A stretch of DNA of 64,000 nucleotides, from NCBI GenBank assembly GCA_963840745.1, contig CAWJAC010000006.1, positions 33,947-97,946 of the forward strand, in the 5' to 3' direction. This document shows, in pieces, positions 45,235-55,084 of the stretch. The DNA comes from Candidatus Zambryskiibacteriota bacterium (GTDB taxonomy: Bacteria; Patescibacteriota; Minisyncoccia; Phycocordibacterales; WO2-35-19). Under the pieces are notes generated by a model. That model ran no database searches, was not told the origin of the DNA, and saw only the letters and a program-made list of their open reading frames with translations. Positions within the stretch are counted from its first letter, which is position 1. Each line of letters begins with the position of its first letter. The position numbers were made by a program, and so were the translations under genes.

Positions 45235-45633
45235 ATGAAAATAAATATAAAAGCGACCGGCACAACACTTACTCCGTCCATATCCGAATATATCAATAAA
45301 AAAGTTGATATGCTGGATAAATTTTTTGAGGGAAAAGAAGTTTTGGTGAACGTGGAAGTCGGTAAAATATCCAAACATCACAAATCAGGAGATATATTTA
45401 GAGCCGAGATTCATATTGCCGATGGCGGACAAGAATACTATGCAGTGGCGGAGGCGGAGGATCTTTATGCCGCTATTGATGAAGTAAAAGATGAAATTGT
45501 CCATGAGCTGACATCAAAAAGAAGAAAATCCTTGCATCTTTTCAGACGCGGTGGCGCTCAAATAAAAAACTTAATGAAAGGCATAATAAATATAGGGGAC
45601 AGAAGCTGGCGGAGGTTCAGGAAAAAGAAATAA
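45235..45633 (+). CDS. hpf: Ribosome hibernation promoting factor / RaiA family
   Basis: MKINIKATGTTLTPSISEYINKKV...VNVEVGK...FRAEIHI. Confidence 0.8.
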   Translation: MKINIKATGTTLTPSISEYINKKVDMLDKFFEGKEVLVNVEVGKISKHHKSGDIFRAEIHIADGGQEYYAVAEAEDLYAAIDEVKDEIVHELTSKRRKSLHLFRRGGAQIKNLMKGIINIGDRSWRRFRKKK

Positions 45634-45706
45634 AATCCAAAAAATCAATCTATTGACAAAATGGAGTGTTTAGGGGTATAATCCACAACAGAAAGGATAG
45701 TTGTTT

Positions 45707-46192
45707 ATGAATTTACCAAAGACCCAACCTGAAAGCCTAAAAGCCGACTGGTTTAGGCTGACAATTATTATTGTTTTTGTATGTGTCCTTGTTGGATTCA
45801 TTGTTGCTGTGGTGTGGAATGGGGTTAACGGAGCTAAACGAGAAAAAGAAGCTCGGTTGACACGTAATATGCTTGAGCAGCGATTCCAGCAGGACATTGA
45901 TCGGGCCAAGCGAGCAACCGCCGACCCGTGCGCGACTGTGCCATTTGATTTCGCAAAGCCGGCGGCAGAGATTGGAGAATCAACCAAACTGTTTATTTTT
46001 GGGAACGAAATTCCTTTCTCTGCTGGATCTTTTGACCCCGCGATGTATCAATTTCGCCCCAACAAAGATCGCACCGAACTTTGGGTCAACGTTATAGCTG
46101 CGCAACGATACGGCGAGGCATCACACACATGGATGAAAATTGGTGAGAAGATTTGGCCACCGGACAACAATCCAGCCTGTAAGGGCAAGTAA
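45707..46192 (+). CDS. Membrane-anchored hypothetical protein
   Basis: Consensus TTGACA-18-TATAAT promoter upstream. One TM segment. Terminator hairpin plus T-run near 46213-46250. Confidence 0.5.
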   Translation: MNLPKTQPESLKADWFRLTIIIVFVCVLVGFIVAVVWNGVNGAKREKEARLTRNMLEQRFQQDIDRAKRATADPCATVPFDFAKPAAEIGESTKLFIFGNEIPFSAGSFDPAMYQFRPNKDRTELWVNVIAAQRYGEASHTWMKIGEKIWPPDNNPACKGK

Positions 46193-46308
46193 TCTTCTCG
46201 ACCAGACACTCTGGACCCGTTTGCTTAGGCAGGCGGGCCCTTTCTTTTTTTAAATTAATGTACACATCATTATTGCTATCGCTATATTTGCGTGTATAAT
46301 TAATAATT

Positions 46309-46908
46309 ATGGAAAAGATGTCAAAATTAAAATCAGAATCAAAAATCAGTCTCGAAAGGGAATCAGCAAAACGCAGCAAAAGAAGCAATTTGCGTAAAAT
46401 GATTTTAGAAACGGTAAAAGTTACCGGGTTAATCGGAGTAGCACTTCTTGCTCCGAATATGATTTGGGCCATGAAAAAACTTGGCATCATGCCACGGCTT
46501 AGAGAAAGGGAACTCATATTAAGGTCAAGAGATCGCCTTATTAAGAAAGGTTTTTTGAAATATGAAAAAGGAATGCTAATGATTACAAATGACGGTAAAA
46601 GATTCCTCATGAAAGAAACTTTATTTGAAAAATTAAAAGATGATAAAAATAAAAAATGGGATGGTAAATGGCGAGTTTTAATATTTGATATACCGGAAAA
46701 AAGAAAAATTGACCGGGAGCATATCAGATATATTTTAATTTCAATAGGGTTTATGTGTTTACAAAAAAGCGTTTGGATTTATCCTTATGATTGTGAAGAT
46801 TTGATCACTTTACTCAAGGCAGATCTTAAAATAGGGAAAGATGTGCTTTATATGATAGTAGATGCATTAGAATATGACAAACCGGTAAAAAAACATTTTA
46901 ATCTCTAA
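46309..46908 (+). CDS. PaaX-like / Cas2-fold DNA-binding protein
   Basis: KWDGKWRVLIFDIPEKRKIDREHIRYILISIGFMCLQKSVWIYPYD is the PaaX C-terminal-type signature. The ATG lies 8 nt after a TATAAT box. Confidence 0.6.
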   Translation: MEKMSKLKSESKISLERESAKRSKRSNLRKMILETVKVTGLIGVALLAPNMIWAMKKLGIMPRLRERELILRSRDRLIKKGFLKYEKGMLMITNDGKRFLMKETLFEKLKDDKNKKWDGKWRVLIFDIPEKRKIDREHIRYILISIGFMCLQKSVWIYPYDCEDLITLLKADLKIGKDVLYMIVDALEYDKPVKKHFNL

Positions 46909-46959
46909 TACACACAAACATTGCTATCACCATATACACGTGTATTTAAAAATGGATAA

Positions 46960-47851
46960 TTATTTTTGGCCACGGAGGAAATCTTCAAAAGGCATTTCTT
47001 TTTTACCTTCAGGTATAACTGAAAGTATTTTTAGTGAATCATTTTCCAAAGTTGCATCTGTAATAATCACCCTCATTTTTTTTCCATTTCTTTCAAGGAA
47101 AAAATAAGCCGTCGGCCACTCTTCAAAAGCTTTTATTTTTAAAAGATTTTGATAAGCGTCTTTTTCTAGATTACTCAAATCAATTTGAAGCTCACCGTCT
47201 TCTTTTTCTACTTTTTTGCATAAGGTTGCCTTGCTTTCATCCTGCGCTGTTAGTTTAATTTTCCCATCTAACCATTCTGGCAAAATTTGAGCGAATAATT
47301 TTGCACCTTCTATGGCCAATATTTTTTCGAGTTCTTTTCTATTTGGAATTTGGAATTTGTCATTTGAAATTTCCAGTTGTCGTGCAACGACAACTGGTCC
47401 TGTATCCATCCCCTCATCAATTTGCATAATGGTTACTCCAATCTCTTTTTCATCATTCAAAATTTGGCTTTGAATGGGGGAGGCGCCGCGATATTTTGGC
47501 AGGAGGGAAGGATGAATGTTTAAAGTTTTATGCTCAGGGATTTCAAAAATTTCTTTGGGAATTATTTTACCGTATGAGGCAACAAGGAAAAGATTATAGT
47601 TATTTGGATGACAGATTATAGATAAGAGAAGCGTTATCTTTTTTTAGAGAGACAGGATTGATAACTTCAATATTGTTATTTTGTGCCCAGACTTTTACTG
47701 GTGTCGGAGTGAGCACCAATTTTCTTCCTTTTGGTTTATCTGGCGTAGTAATAACAAGCTCAGGCAAAATACCACGAGCTCTTAATTCATCTAGAACATA
47801 AACACTAAATTGTGAACCTCCAAAAAATACCCAGTTTATTTTATTTGTCAT
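46960..47851 (-). CDS. fmt: Methionyl-tRNA formyltransferase, one frame change near 47610-47645
   Basis: N-terminal VFFGGSQFSV. After a frame switch: LFLVASYGKIIP...LNIHPSLLPKYRGASPIQ...IMQIDEGMDTGPV. Confidence 0.85.
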
Positions 47852-48423
47852 TTTATTTTTTCTTTTGATGGAACCATTTCTTTCAAATCAATTGCTTTGT
47901 CTGTAAAAAGAATTCCGTTAAGATGATCGGTTTCGTGCTGGAATGCCTGAGAGAGTAGGCCCGAACCGCCCATAGTAAACAATTTACCGTTTTCATCATA
48001 AGCCCTAATTAAAGTTTTTTTGGGCCTTTCTACTTTACCGTAAAGCCAACGCACCGAAAGGCAGCCTTCATCGGTCAACATTTTCTTTTTTGAAGTTTTT
48101 ATTATTTCCGGATTTATGAAAACCATATCTTTATATTCCGGTTTTTCTTTTGCAAATTGCTCCAAATCTTCTCTTTTGGAACCTTTGCCTTTTGTTTTTT
48201 CCTCATCCATTATTTCAAATATTTTTTTGGACACCACGAAAATCCTCAAATTTTCACCGATTTGCGGAGCGGCGATAGCTACGCCGTCTTCCTGACTATC
48301 CAGAGCTTTTATCATTCTTCTTATTATGGTTTCTATTTTGCGACTGTTAATATCTTCAATAGATACCGGCTTAGCCACTTTCCTCAAAATCTTATTTTCT
48401 TTTTGCACAATCTCGTTTGCCAT
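47848..48423 (-). CDS. def: Peptide deformylase (with internal insertion)
   Basis: GVAIAAPQIG, EGCLS, HETDHLNG. Start taken at MANEIVQ. Confidence 0.85.
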   Translation of the reverse strand: MANEIVQKENKILRKVAKPVSIEDINSRKIETIIRRMIKALDSQEDGVAIAAPQIGENLRIFVVSKKIFEIMDEEKTKGKGSKREDLEQFAKEKPEYKDMVFINPEIIKTSKKKMLTDEGCLSVRWLYGKVERPKKTLIRAYDENGKLFTMGGSGLLSQAFQHETDHLNGILFTDKAIDLKEMVPSKEKIK

Positions 48424-48464
48424 AAGCGTATTATACAATAAAATCCTTCTAAAATCTATTAAAA

Positions 48465-50390
48465 TCACAATAAATTATTGGGGTCTACTTTTAGTTCAAA
48501 GTGGGGAGGGAGAGATTTTAAAATTGCTAGCAAATTTTGATCTACCCATTTTTCTTTAGGCAATTTTATGACAGCATTAACGGCTGATTGCTCACCTCGT
48601 TTTTCGTGAGTAGAGGGAAAGATAGCTGGGTTGTAATCTTTAAAAATATTTTTTAAATTTTCAGATTCTTTAGCCACGAAATTTCTAGTACCCCTGACTG
48701 TTATTTTTATAAAAATACCGAATGGCGGATAGCCCAAAACTTCTCGGTCCTCTATTTCTTTTTTATAAAATTCTATAAGGTTGCCACTTACAGCAAATTC
48801 CACAGTAGGATCATTTGGATTGCGAGTTTGTATTAAAAAATTTTCTTTGGCTATATTTTTGGTCTGTACAATTAGGCGAAATATTTTTTCTCTGATGCAA
48901 AAGTCTGGGATAGAGAAAAGGGAATCAAAAGAAGCTATAGCAGTAGTCGCCACTTTTTTTCGGAGGAATGAGAAAGCCATTTCAGTGCCCAAAAGCACTC
49001 CGCCTCTGTTTTCATAAAACTTTTCCGCAGTGGCAGATGCTTTAGTATCGGTTGGAGTGATGTCTTTGTGGATTTCAAAAAGATTTATGTTTGGAATGCT
49101 TTTCCTTATCTCATCAGCTACTCGGTCTAGCCCCGCGCCAAAGGCCGCCAGTTTCCAGCTGCCGCAATTTTGGCAGACCTCGGCTGCATCGCGCATCTCT
49201 CCGCATTGATGGCATTTAAAAGCGCCACCGTCCCTTGTCTTATATAAAATCATAGGCGACGAGCAGTTGTTGCATTTGACTTGCTCGCCGCAATCGCGGC
49301 AGACAGTGACAGAAGAGAGACCTTTCCTAGCGGCAAAAATAAACATATTAGAGCTTTTTTCCGTGTTTTCTTTTATCATATTCAGCAATTCCGGAGATAA
49401 AGTTTTAAATTCTTTTCCTTGCCCTGAACTTGTCGAAGGGTCTTTCTTGCTTGATTCTCTCAAATCCACTACCTCTGTTTTAACTTCAGACGGCAGTCTC
49501 CATTTGACGCTTTCAAACTCTCCGACTTCTCCTTGTTTGTATCTATACAAAGTTTCTGTTCGGAGGAATGAATCCCCAATTACTGCGCGTATATTTTTTT
49601 TGTTCGCCAAAATCTCGGCAAAAAATCGCAGATCCATGAACGGCCGTGATAAAGTTTTCCAACCGTTTTCATTTTCTTTGTCTATAATCACAGTGCCAAA
49701 ATCATTTCTTGGCAAAAATAGCCATTTAGCGGTGGCGATGACGAGTATCGGATGCGGAGTCAAACAAGCTTTTTTCCATTCCTCTTTCAGTTCTTTTTTG
49801 TTCATTTCATTATGGAAAGAGCAGACGAATAATTCTATGCCGCGTTCCAAGTTTTCTTTGATGAGTTTGACGTCTTCATTTTGCGGCAGGCAGAGAAAGA
49901 CCGATCTTTTTTTAGCAAACTCTTCTCTGATAAGCGATCTGTAGAGAGACAGTCTTTCTTCGTCCGGAGCCTGAAGCACAGTCACTTCGTTTTTGGTGTT
50001 GTCAAAGACGGTCTTTGACAGTTGTCCCGAAAAGACTGTCTTTGACAACACGCTTGGATTTTCCAAAACAAAAGAAGGAATTAATTGGGACAAAACGCTT
50101 CCTTGGTTGGTAGCAAAATATTCTGCCGTTTCTTTGACTACCTCCAAAAATTCTTTTTGCAAAAATGGTTTGGCTGTGACGGCTGAAATTTTTTTGAGCT
50201 GGAAATCGGCTGACTTTATTTCAGATTTTGCTTCTGTGACATCTCGGCTCTCTAAAACCAGTGCTGATACTGCTTTGCTTCTAATATTTATTTTGACGAG
50301 AGAACCTGGTTCCAAATATTTTGGTCCGAAGTAGGAGAGTGATTCCTTATTCAACCCCTTTGAAAATGGGAGACATTCGATAATAAACAT
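48465..50390 (-). CDS. priA: Primosomal protein N' (PriA helicase)
   Basis: 641 aa. Cys-rich zinc region CRDCGEQVKCNNCSSPM...CHQCG...CQNCGS and helicase-like core. Confidence 0.8.
   Translation of the reverse strand: MFIIECLPFSKGLNKESLSYFGPKYLEPGSLVKINIRSKAVSALVLESRDVTEAKSEIKSADFQLKKISAVTAKPFLQKEFLEVVKETAEYFATNQGSVLSQLIPSFVLENPSVLSKTVFSGQLSKTVFDNTKNEVTVLQAPDEERLSLYRSLIREEFAKKRSVFLCLPQNEDVKLIKENLERGIELFVCSFHNEMNKKELKEEWKKACLTPHPILVIATAKWLFLPRNDFGTVIIDKENENGWKTLSRPFMDLRFFAEILANKKNIRAVIGDSFLRTETLYRYKQGEVGEFESVKWRLPSEVKTEVVDLRESSKKDPSTSSGQGKEFKTLSPELLNMIKENTEKSSNMFIFAARKGLSSVTVCRDCGEQVKCNNCSSPMILYKTRDGGAFKCHQCGEMRDAAEVCQNCGSWKLAAFGAGLDRVADEIRKSIPNINLFEIHKDITPTDTKASATAEKFYENRGGVLLGTEMAFSFLRKKVATTAIASFDSLFSIPDFCIREKIFRLIVQTKNIAKENFLIQTRNPNDPTVEFAVSGNLIEFYKKEIEDREVLGYPPFGIFIKITVRGTRNFVAKESENLKNIFKDYNPAIFPSTHEKRGEQSAVNAVIKLPKEKWVDQNLLAILKSLPPHFELKVDPNNLL
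49996..50051. repeat. Nested REP-like palindromes inside priA
   Basis: gtgttgtcaaagac (49996-50009) pairs perfectly with gtctttgacaacac (50038-50051). Inner tgtcaaagac / gtctttgaca at 50000-50020. Translated as LSKTVFSGQLSKTVFDNT. Confidence 0.75.
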
Positions 50391-50462
50391 ACAAAGATTG
50401 TGGCAGAGATTTATACAAAGCTCAAGATTGCCGAATGTCGGAGTGTCTTGTAGTATTTGAGC

Positions 50463-51476
50463 ATGGCATTTTTCTCTAAAAAATTGGGCATTGATCTGGG
50501 TACGGCTAATACTCTAGTTTTCGTGCCGGGCAAGGGGGTGGTTTTAAACGAGCCTTCGGTGGTCGCTATTTCTCTTGAAGACAACAAAATTTTGGCGGTT
50601 GGCAATGAGGCAAAAACAATGATAGGCCGTACACCAAAAGCCATAGTCGCTTACAGGCCGATGAAAGATGGCGTGATCGCTGATTATAAAGTAACGGAGG
50701 TGATGCTTTCTTATTATATGAAAAAAGCCTTGGGCGGCTGGCAGTTTATAAAACCGGAAGTGCTGATTTCAGTGCCGGCGGGAGTGACTTCTACCGAACG
50801 GCGAGCGGTGATAGAAGCAGCCATGAAAGCGGGAGCCAAGAACGCTTATGTGGTTAAAGAGCCAATACTGGCTGCCATCGGAGCCGGCATTCCCATTTAT
50901 GAAGCCAAAGGTCACATGGTGGCCGATATTGGCGGAGGCACTACCGATGTGGCGGTGATATCGCTCGGCGGCATTGTTTCGGCCACTTCAGTAAAATGCG
51001 CCGGCAACAAAATTGACGAAAGCATAACTGATTACGTAAAAAAAACTTTCAATCTGGCCATTGGAGATAAAACAGCTGAAGATATAAAAATTAAAATAGG
51101 ATCAGCTTTGCCTATAGACGAAGAACTCTCCATTGTCATAAAAGGCCGGGATCTTATTTCGGGTCTGCCGCGATCGGTTGAAATAAAAACCAACGAAATT
51201 GTGAAAGCAATTTCAAGAGAATTGAGGGAAATAATAAAAGCAATCAAAGACGTCTTGCAGGAAACACCGCCGGAATTGGCGTCAGATATAATGGACGAAG
51301 GACTCATTATGACCGGAGGAACTTCTGCTCTTCGAAACCTTCCTGAACTGGTTTTCAGAAGGGTTGGGGTAAAAGCCATCATGGCAGAAAATCCTCTTTA
51401 TTGTGTTGCCAAAGGCACCGGTATTGCTCTAGAGCATCTGAATGCTTATAAAAGAGTGATTGTCGCCAAAAGATAA
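50463..51476 (+). CDS. mreB: Rod shape-determining protein MreB (paralog 1)
   Basis: LGIDLGTANTLV, DIGGGTTDVAVISLGG, MTGGTSALRNL. Confidence 0.9.
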   Translation: MAFFSKKLGIDLGTANTLVFVPGKGVVLNEPSVVAISLEDNKILAVGNEAKTMIGRTPKAIVAYRPMKDGVIADYKVTEVMLSYYMKKALGGWQFIKPEVLISVPAGVTSTERRAVIEAAMKAGAKNAYVVKEPILAAIGAGIPIYEAKGHMVADIGGGTTDVAVISLGGIVSATSVKCAGNKIDESITDYVKKTFNLAIGDKTAEDIKIKIGSALPIDEELSIVIKGRDLISGLPRSVEIKTNEIVKAISRELREIIKAIKDVLQETPPELASDIMDEGLIMTGGTSALRNLPELVFRRVGVKAIMAENPLYCVAKGTGIALEHLNAYKRVIVAKR

Positions 51477-51482
51477 ATAAAA

Positions 51483-52115
51483 ATGCATCACGCCAATATC
51501 ATAATAAACAAAGGGAGTTGCAAAGATTTTGTTTTTGATATTTTAGAAAAAGATTTAAATTTTAATGTTAAAGCCAATCCGGATTTTTTACTCTTTGAAA
51601 ATGAATCTTTTGGCATTGATGATGCTCGGGATTTGGCGCTGTGGACGATCGGCAAACCCCTAGTTGGCGAGATGAAAGTTTCTCTGCTCATAATAAAATC
51701 GATCACCCCAGAGGCCCAAAACGCTTTGCTTAAAGTTTTGGAGGAGCCGCCGCCGGGGACTTATATTTTTATCAATTTAGAAAGTTTAGGCGGCATTTTA
51801 CCAACTTTTCTTTCCAGAGTGAGGATTTTAGATTTGATCGGGATTTCTGAAAAATCCGACGTATCGTCGAGTAAAGACATCGGCTCCAAATTTCTTCATT
51901 CCGATATAAAAGAGAAGTTCTCAATTGCTCGTTCTCTTTCAAAAAAAGAAGATAAGAATGAAATGAAGGAGCTGATCAAAAATTTTGAGGAAATTGCTTA
52001 TAAAAATAATTTTAAACCGACAGATTTGAAAAATATTCTCACCGCCAAAATTTTTGCTTCCACTAGAGGCTCTTCTCCCAAAATGCTTATTGAATGGCTC
52101 TCGTGTGTGATATAA
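51483..52115 (+). CDS. holB: DNA polymerase III delta-prime-like subunit
   Basis: SITPEAQNALLKVLEEPPPGTYIF...LPTFLSRVR. Confidence 0.65.
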   Translation: MHHANIIINKGSCKDFVFDILEKDLNFNVKANPDFLLFENESFGIDDARDLALWTIGKPLVGEMKVSLLIIKSITPEAQNALLKVLEEPPPGTYIFINLESLGGILPTFLSRVRILDLIGISEKSDVSSSKDIGSKFLHSDIKEKFSIARSLSKKEDKNEMKELIKNFEEIAYKNNFKPTDLKNILTAKIFASTRGSSPKMLIEWLSCVI

Positions 52116-52122
52116 TTTACAT

Positions 52123-52671
52123 ATGTTTGATTTTTCAGATTTAAAAGAAAAAAGCAAAGATATTGAAAATTGGCTAGCCAAAGAACTGTCGGTTATTCGT
52201 ACCGGCAGAGCGACTTCGGCTATTCTCGATTTTGTACAGATAGAAGCTTACGGCTCAAAAATGGCTATTAAAGAATTGGCTAATATTACGGTGGAAGATG
52301 CCAAAACAATAAGAATAGAACCGTGGGATCTAAGTATTGGTAAAAGCATTGAGAAAGCCATAATTTCTTCCAATTTGGGACTCTCGGTTTCGCCGTTTGA
52401 TAAGGGTTTGAGAATTATTTTTCCTGATCTGACTGCTGAAAGGCGAGAGCAATTTATAAAAGTATCCAGACAAAAATTTGAAGAAGCCAAAGTGTCACTG
52501 CGAAATTTGCGGGACAAAACCTGGAAAGCAATAGAAGAAAAAGAAAAAAGCGGTGGCATGGGCGAAGATGATAAATTCAGATTGAAAGAAGAAATGCAGA
52601 AAATAATAGATGAGAGTAATAAAAAACTGGAAGAATTAACTGCGAGAAAAGAAACAGAGATTAAAATTTAA
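52123..52671 (+). CDS. frr: Ribosome recycling factor
   Basis: 182 aa. LSVIRTGRATSAILD...IRIEPWD...IFPDLTAERREQ. Confidence 0.9.
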   Translation: MFDFSDLKEKSKDIENWLAKELSVIRTGRATSAILDFVQIEAYGSKMAIKELANITVEDAKTIRIEPWDLSIGKSIEKAIISSNLGLSVSPFDKGLRIIFPDLTAERREQFIKVSRQKFEEAKVSLRNLRDKTWKAIEEKEKSGGMGEDDKFRLKEEMQKIIDESNKKLEELTARKETEIKI

Positions 52672-52675
52672 ATAA

Positions 52676-53785
52676 ATGGCCTTTATAATTTTTTTGATTG
52701 TTTTGGGTGTTCTTGTGTTTGTCCACGAGCTCGGGCATTTTTTGGTTGCCAAAAGGGCGGGAGTGAAGGTGGATGAATTCGGATTTGGCTATCCGCCTAG
52801 AGCTTGGGTAATCGGCGAGAAATGGGGGACTTTGTTTACTTTGAACTGGGTTCCATTTGGCGGCTTTGTAAAAATTGTTGGGGAAGATTATGAGCCGCCT
52901 TCGCCAGAAGAATCTGGCTTCGGCGAGCCAAAGGAAAATCTTTCCTTTACTCAAGTTTCCAAAAAATGGCAGGCGGCAATGCTTGTGGCTGGAATCACTT
53001 TCAATATTCTTTTTGCTTGGCTGCTTTTTTCTTTGGGTTTTATGATTGGGTTGCCGACTCCGGTAGATAATAATTTCGGTGGAGAAGTCAAAAATCCGGC
53101 CCTAACTATAACTGGTCTTCTCGATAGCTCTCCGGCTCAAAAAGCGGGTCTCAAAACCGGTGATAAAATCAAAAATATTTCTTTAGCAAACGGAAAAGTG
53201 CTTCAGGCATTAAATCCCGAAGATGTTTCAAATTTTATAAATAACTCTTTAGGTCAAGTTGATGTGGAGGTTCTTCGCGGAGGAAAAATTTTGGATTTCA
53301 AACTCACACCGGAAATGGAGATAGAAAATGGTAGAAAAATAATAGGCATCAGTATGGATATGGTTGGCACCCTCTATTTGCCGATTCACAAAGCTATTTA
53401 CGAAGGAGGCAAAACCACTTTAAGACTCTCTTATCTGACAGTTGCGGGAATTGCAAATTTAATCAAAGATGCGGTGAGGGGTCATGCGGATATTTCTCAA
53501 GTAGCCGGTCCAGTTGGTATTATTGGTTTAGTGGGGGATGCATCAAAGCTCGGCTTCGCATATCTGCTTACTTTCACGGCTCTTATTTCTGTGAATTTAG
53601 CAATAATAAATTTAATACCATTCCCGGCTCTCGACGGCGGCCGCATTCTTTTCGTCGCCATTGAGGGCATCACCAAAAGAAAAATCAATCCTAAAGTGGC
53701 CCACACTTTAAACACCATCGGCTTCGCTCTCCTTATCGTTGTTATGCTTATAGTCACCTATCGTGATGTTTTAAGATTGTTTTAA
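52676..53785 (+). CDS. rseP: Site-2 (M50) intramembrane metalloprotease RseP with PDZ domain
   Basis: VFVHELGHFLVAK (HExxH), PDZ GLKTGDKI, NLIPFPALDGG. Confidence 0.85.
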   Translation: MAFIIFLIVLGVLVFVHELGHFLVAKRAGVKVDEFGFGYPPRAWVIGEKWGTLFTLNWVPFGGFVKIVGEDYEPPSPEESGFGEPKENLSFTQVSKKWQAAMLVAGITFNILFAWLLFSLGFMIGLPTPVDNNFGGEVKNPALTITGLLDSSPAQKAGLKTGDKIKNISLANGKVLQALNPEDVSNFINNSLGQVDVEVLRGGKILDFKLTPEMEIENGRKIIGISMDMVGTLYLPIHKAIYEGGKTTLRLSYLTVAGIANLIKDAVRGHADISQVAGPVGIIGLVGDASKLGFAYLLTFTALISVNLAIINLIPFPALDGGRILFVAIEGITKRKINPKVAHTLNTIGFALLIVVMLIVTYRDVLRLF

Positions 53786-53814
53786 AATACTTGTTTTTGG
53801 AGTATTATAAGAAT

Positions 53815-55053
53815 ATGAGACAATCGCAACTTTTTACTAAAACTAGGCGCGAAGCGCCGGCAGATGAGACGGCCAAAAATGCGCAACTTTTGGTTAGAGG
53901 GGGGTTTATTCATAAAGAAATGGCAGGAGCATATGATTTTCTGCCGCTTGGACTTCTGGTTTTGAAAAAAATTGAAAATATTATACGCGAAGAAATGAAT
54001 GCTATCGGCGGACAGGAAATACTGATGACTTCTCTTCAAGATCCGGAAATTTGGAAGGCGACCAATAGATGGGATATTGAAAAAGTAGACACTTGGTTTA
54101 AAACAAAACTTCAAAACAATACGGAACTCGGTTTGGCATTTACTCACGAAGAGCCGATCACGCGGATTATGGTCAATCAAATTCGTTCGTACAAAGATTT
54201 GCCTTTTTCGGCCTATCAATTTCAAACTAAATTCAGAAATGAATCAAGGGCCAAGAGCGGCATTTTGAGAGTAAGAGAATTCATCATGAAAGATTTGTAT
54301 TCTTTTGATAAAGATGAAGAAGGTCTCAATGATTTTTACGAAAAAGCCTCTGATGCTTATATCAAAATTTTCAACAGGGTTGGCTTGGGCGATAAAACAT
54401 ATAAAACATTTGCCTCCGGCGGAGTATTTTCAAAATACAGCCATGAATTTCAAACTCTTTGCGAAACTGGCGAGGACATTATTTTTGTAAATGAAAACAA
54501 AAAATTTGCGGTCAATAAAGAAGTATTCACTGACGAAGTTCTAGTTGACTTAGGTGTTTCCAAGAATGAATTTGTAGAAAAGAAAGCGATTGAAGTCGGA
54601 AATATTTTCAAACTTGGCGCCAGATTTTCTGAAGCTCTGGGTTTATTTTATATTTCTGAAAATGGAGAAAAATTACCGGTGGTCATGGGTAGCTATGGCA
54701 TTGGTCCATGCAGAGTCATGGGCACTATCGTGGAGTTGTTCGCAGACGAGAAAGGAATTGTCTGGCCAGAGTCTGTGGCACCGTTTAAATTGCATTTGAT
54801 TGAAATTACTTCGGATAAACCTGAAGTTAAAGAAATGACGGAAAAGATTTATAAAGAAATAGGTGAAAGCAATGTTTTGTATGATGACCGCGATCTGCGC
54901 GCCGGAGAAAAATTCGCCGATGCAGATCTTTTGGGTATGCCTTACCAGATTATTGTAAGCGAGAAAAACATAGCTCAAGGAAAATTGGAATTGAAAACCA
55001 GAAAGACAGGTGAGACAAAAATGGTCTCTGAAGCCGAAATTTTTTGTCTGTGA
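53815..55053 (+). CDS. proS: Prolyl-tRNA synthetase (short form)
   Basis: MRQSQLFTKTRREAP...AGAYDFLPLG...QFQTKFRNESRAKSGILRVREF. Confidence 0.85.
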   Translation: MRQSQLFTKTRREAPADETAKNAQLLVRGGFIHKEMAGAYDFLPLGLLVLKKIENIIREEMNAIGGQEILMTSLQDPEIWKATNRWDIEKVDTWFKTKLQNNTELGLAFTHEEPITRIMVNQIRSYKDLPFSAYQFQTKFRNESRAKSGILRVREFIMKDLYSFDKDEEGLNDFYEKASDAYIKIFNRVGLGDKTYKTFASGGVFSKYSHEFQTLCETGEDIIFVNENKKFAVNKEVFTDEVLVDLGVSKNEFVEKKAIEVGNIFKLGARFSEALGLFYISENGEKLPVVMGSYGIGPCRVMGTIVELFADEKGIVWPESVAPFKLHLIEITSDKPEVKEMTEKIYKEIGESNVLYDDRDLRAGEKFADADLLGMPYQIIVSEKNIAQGKLELKTRKTGETKMVSEAEIFCL

Positions 55054-55084
55054 CGAACTCCTAAATTTATGCTAGATTATCCGT

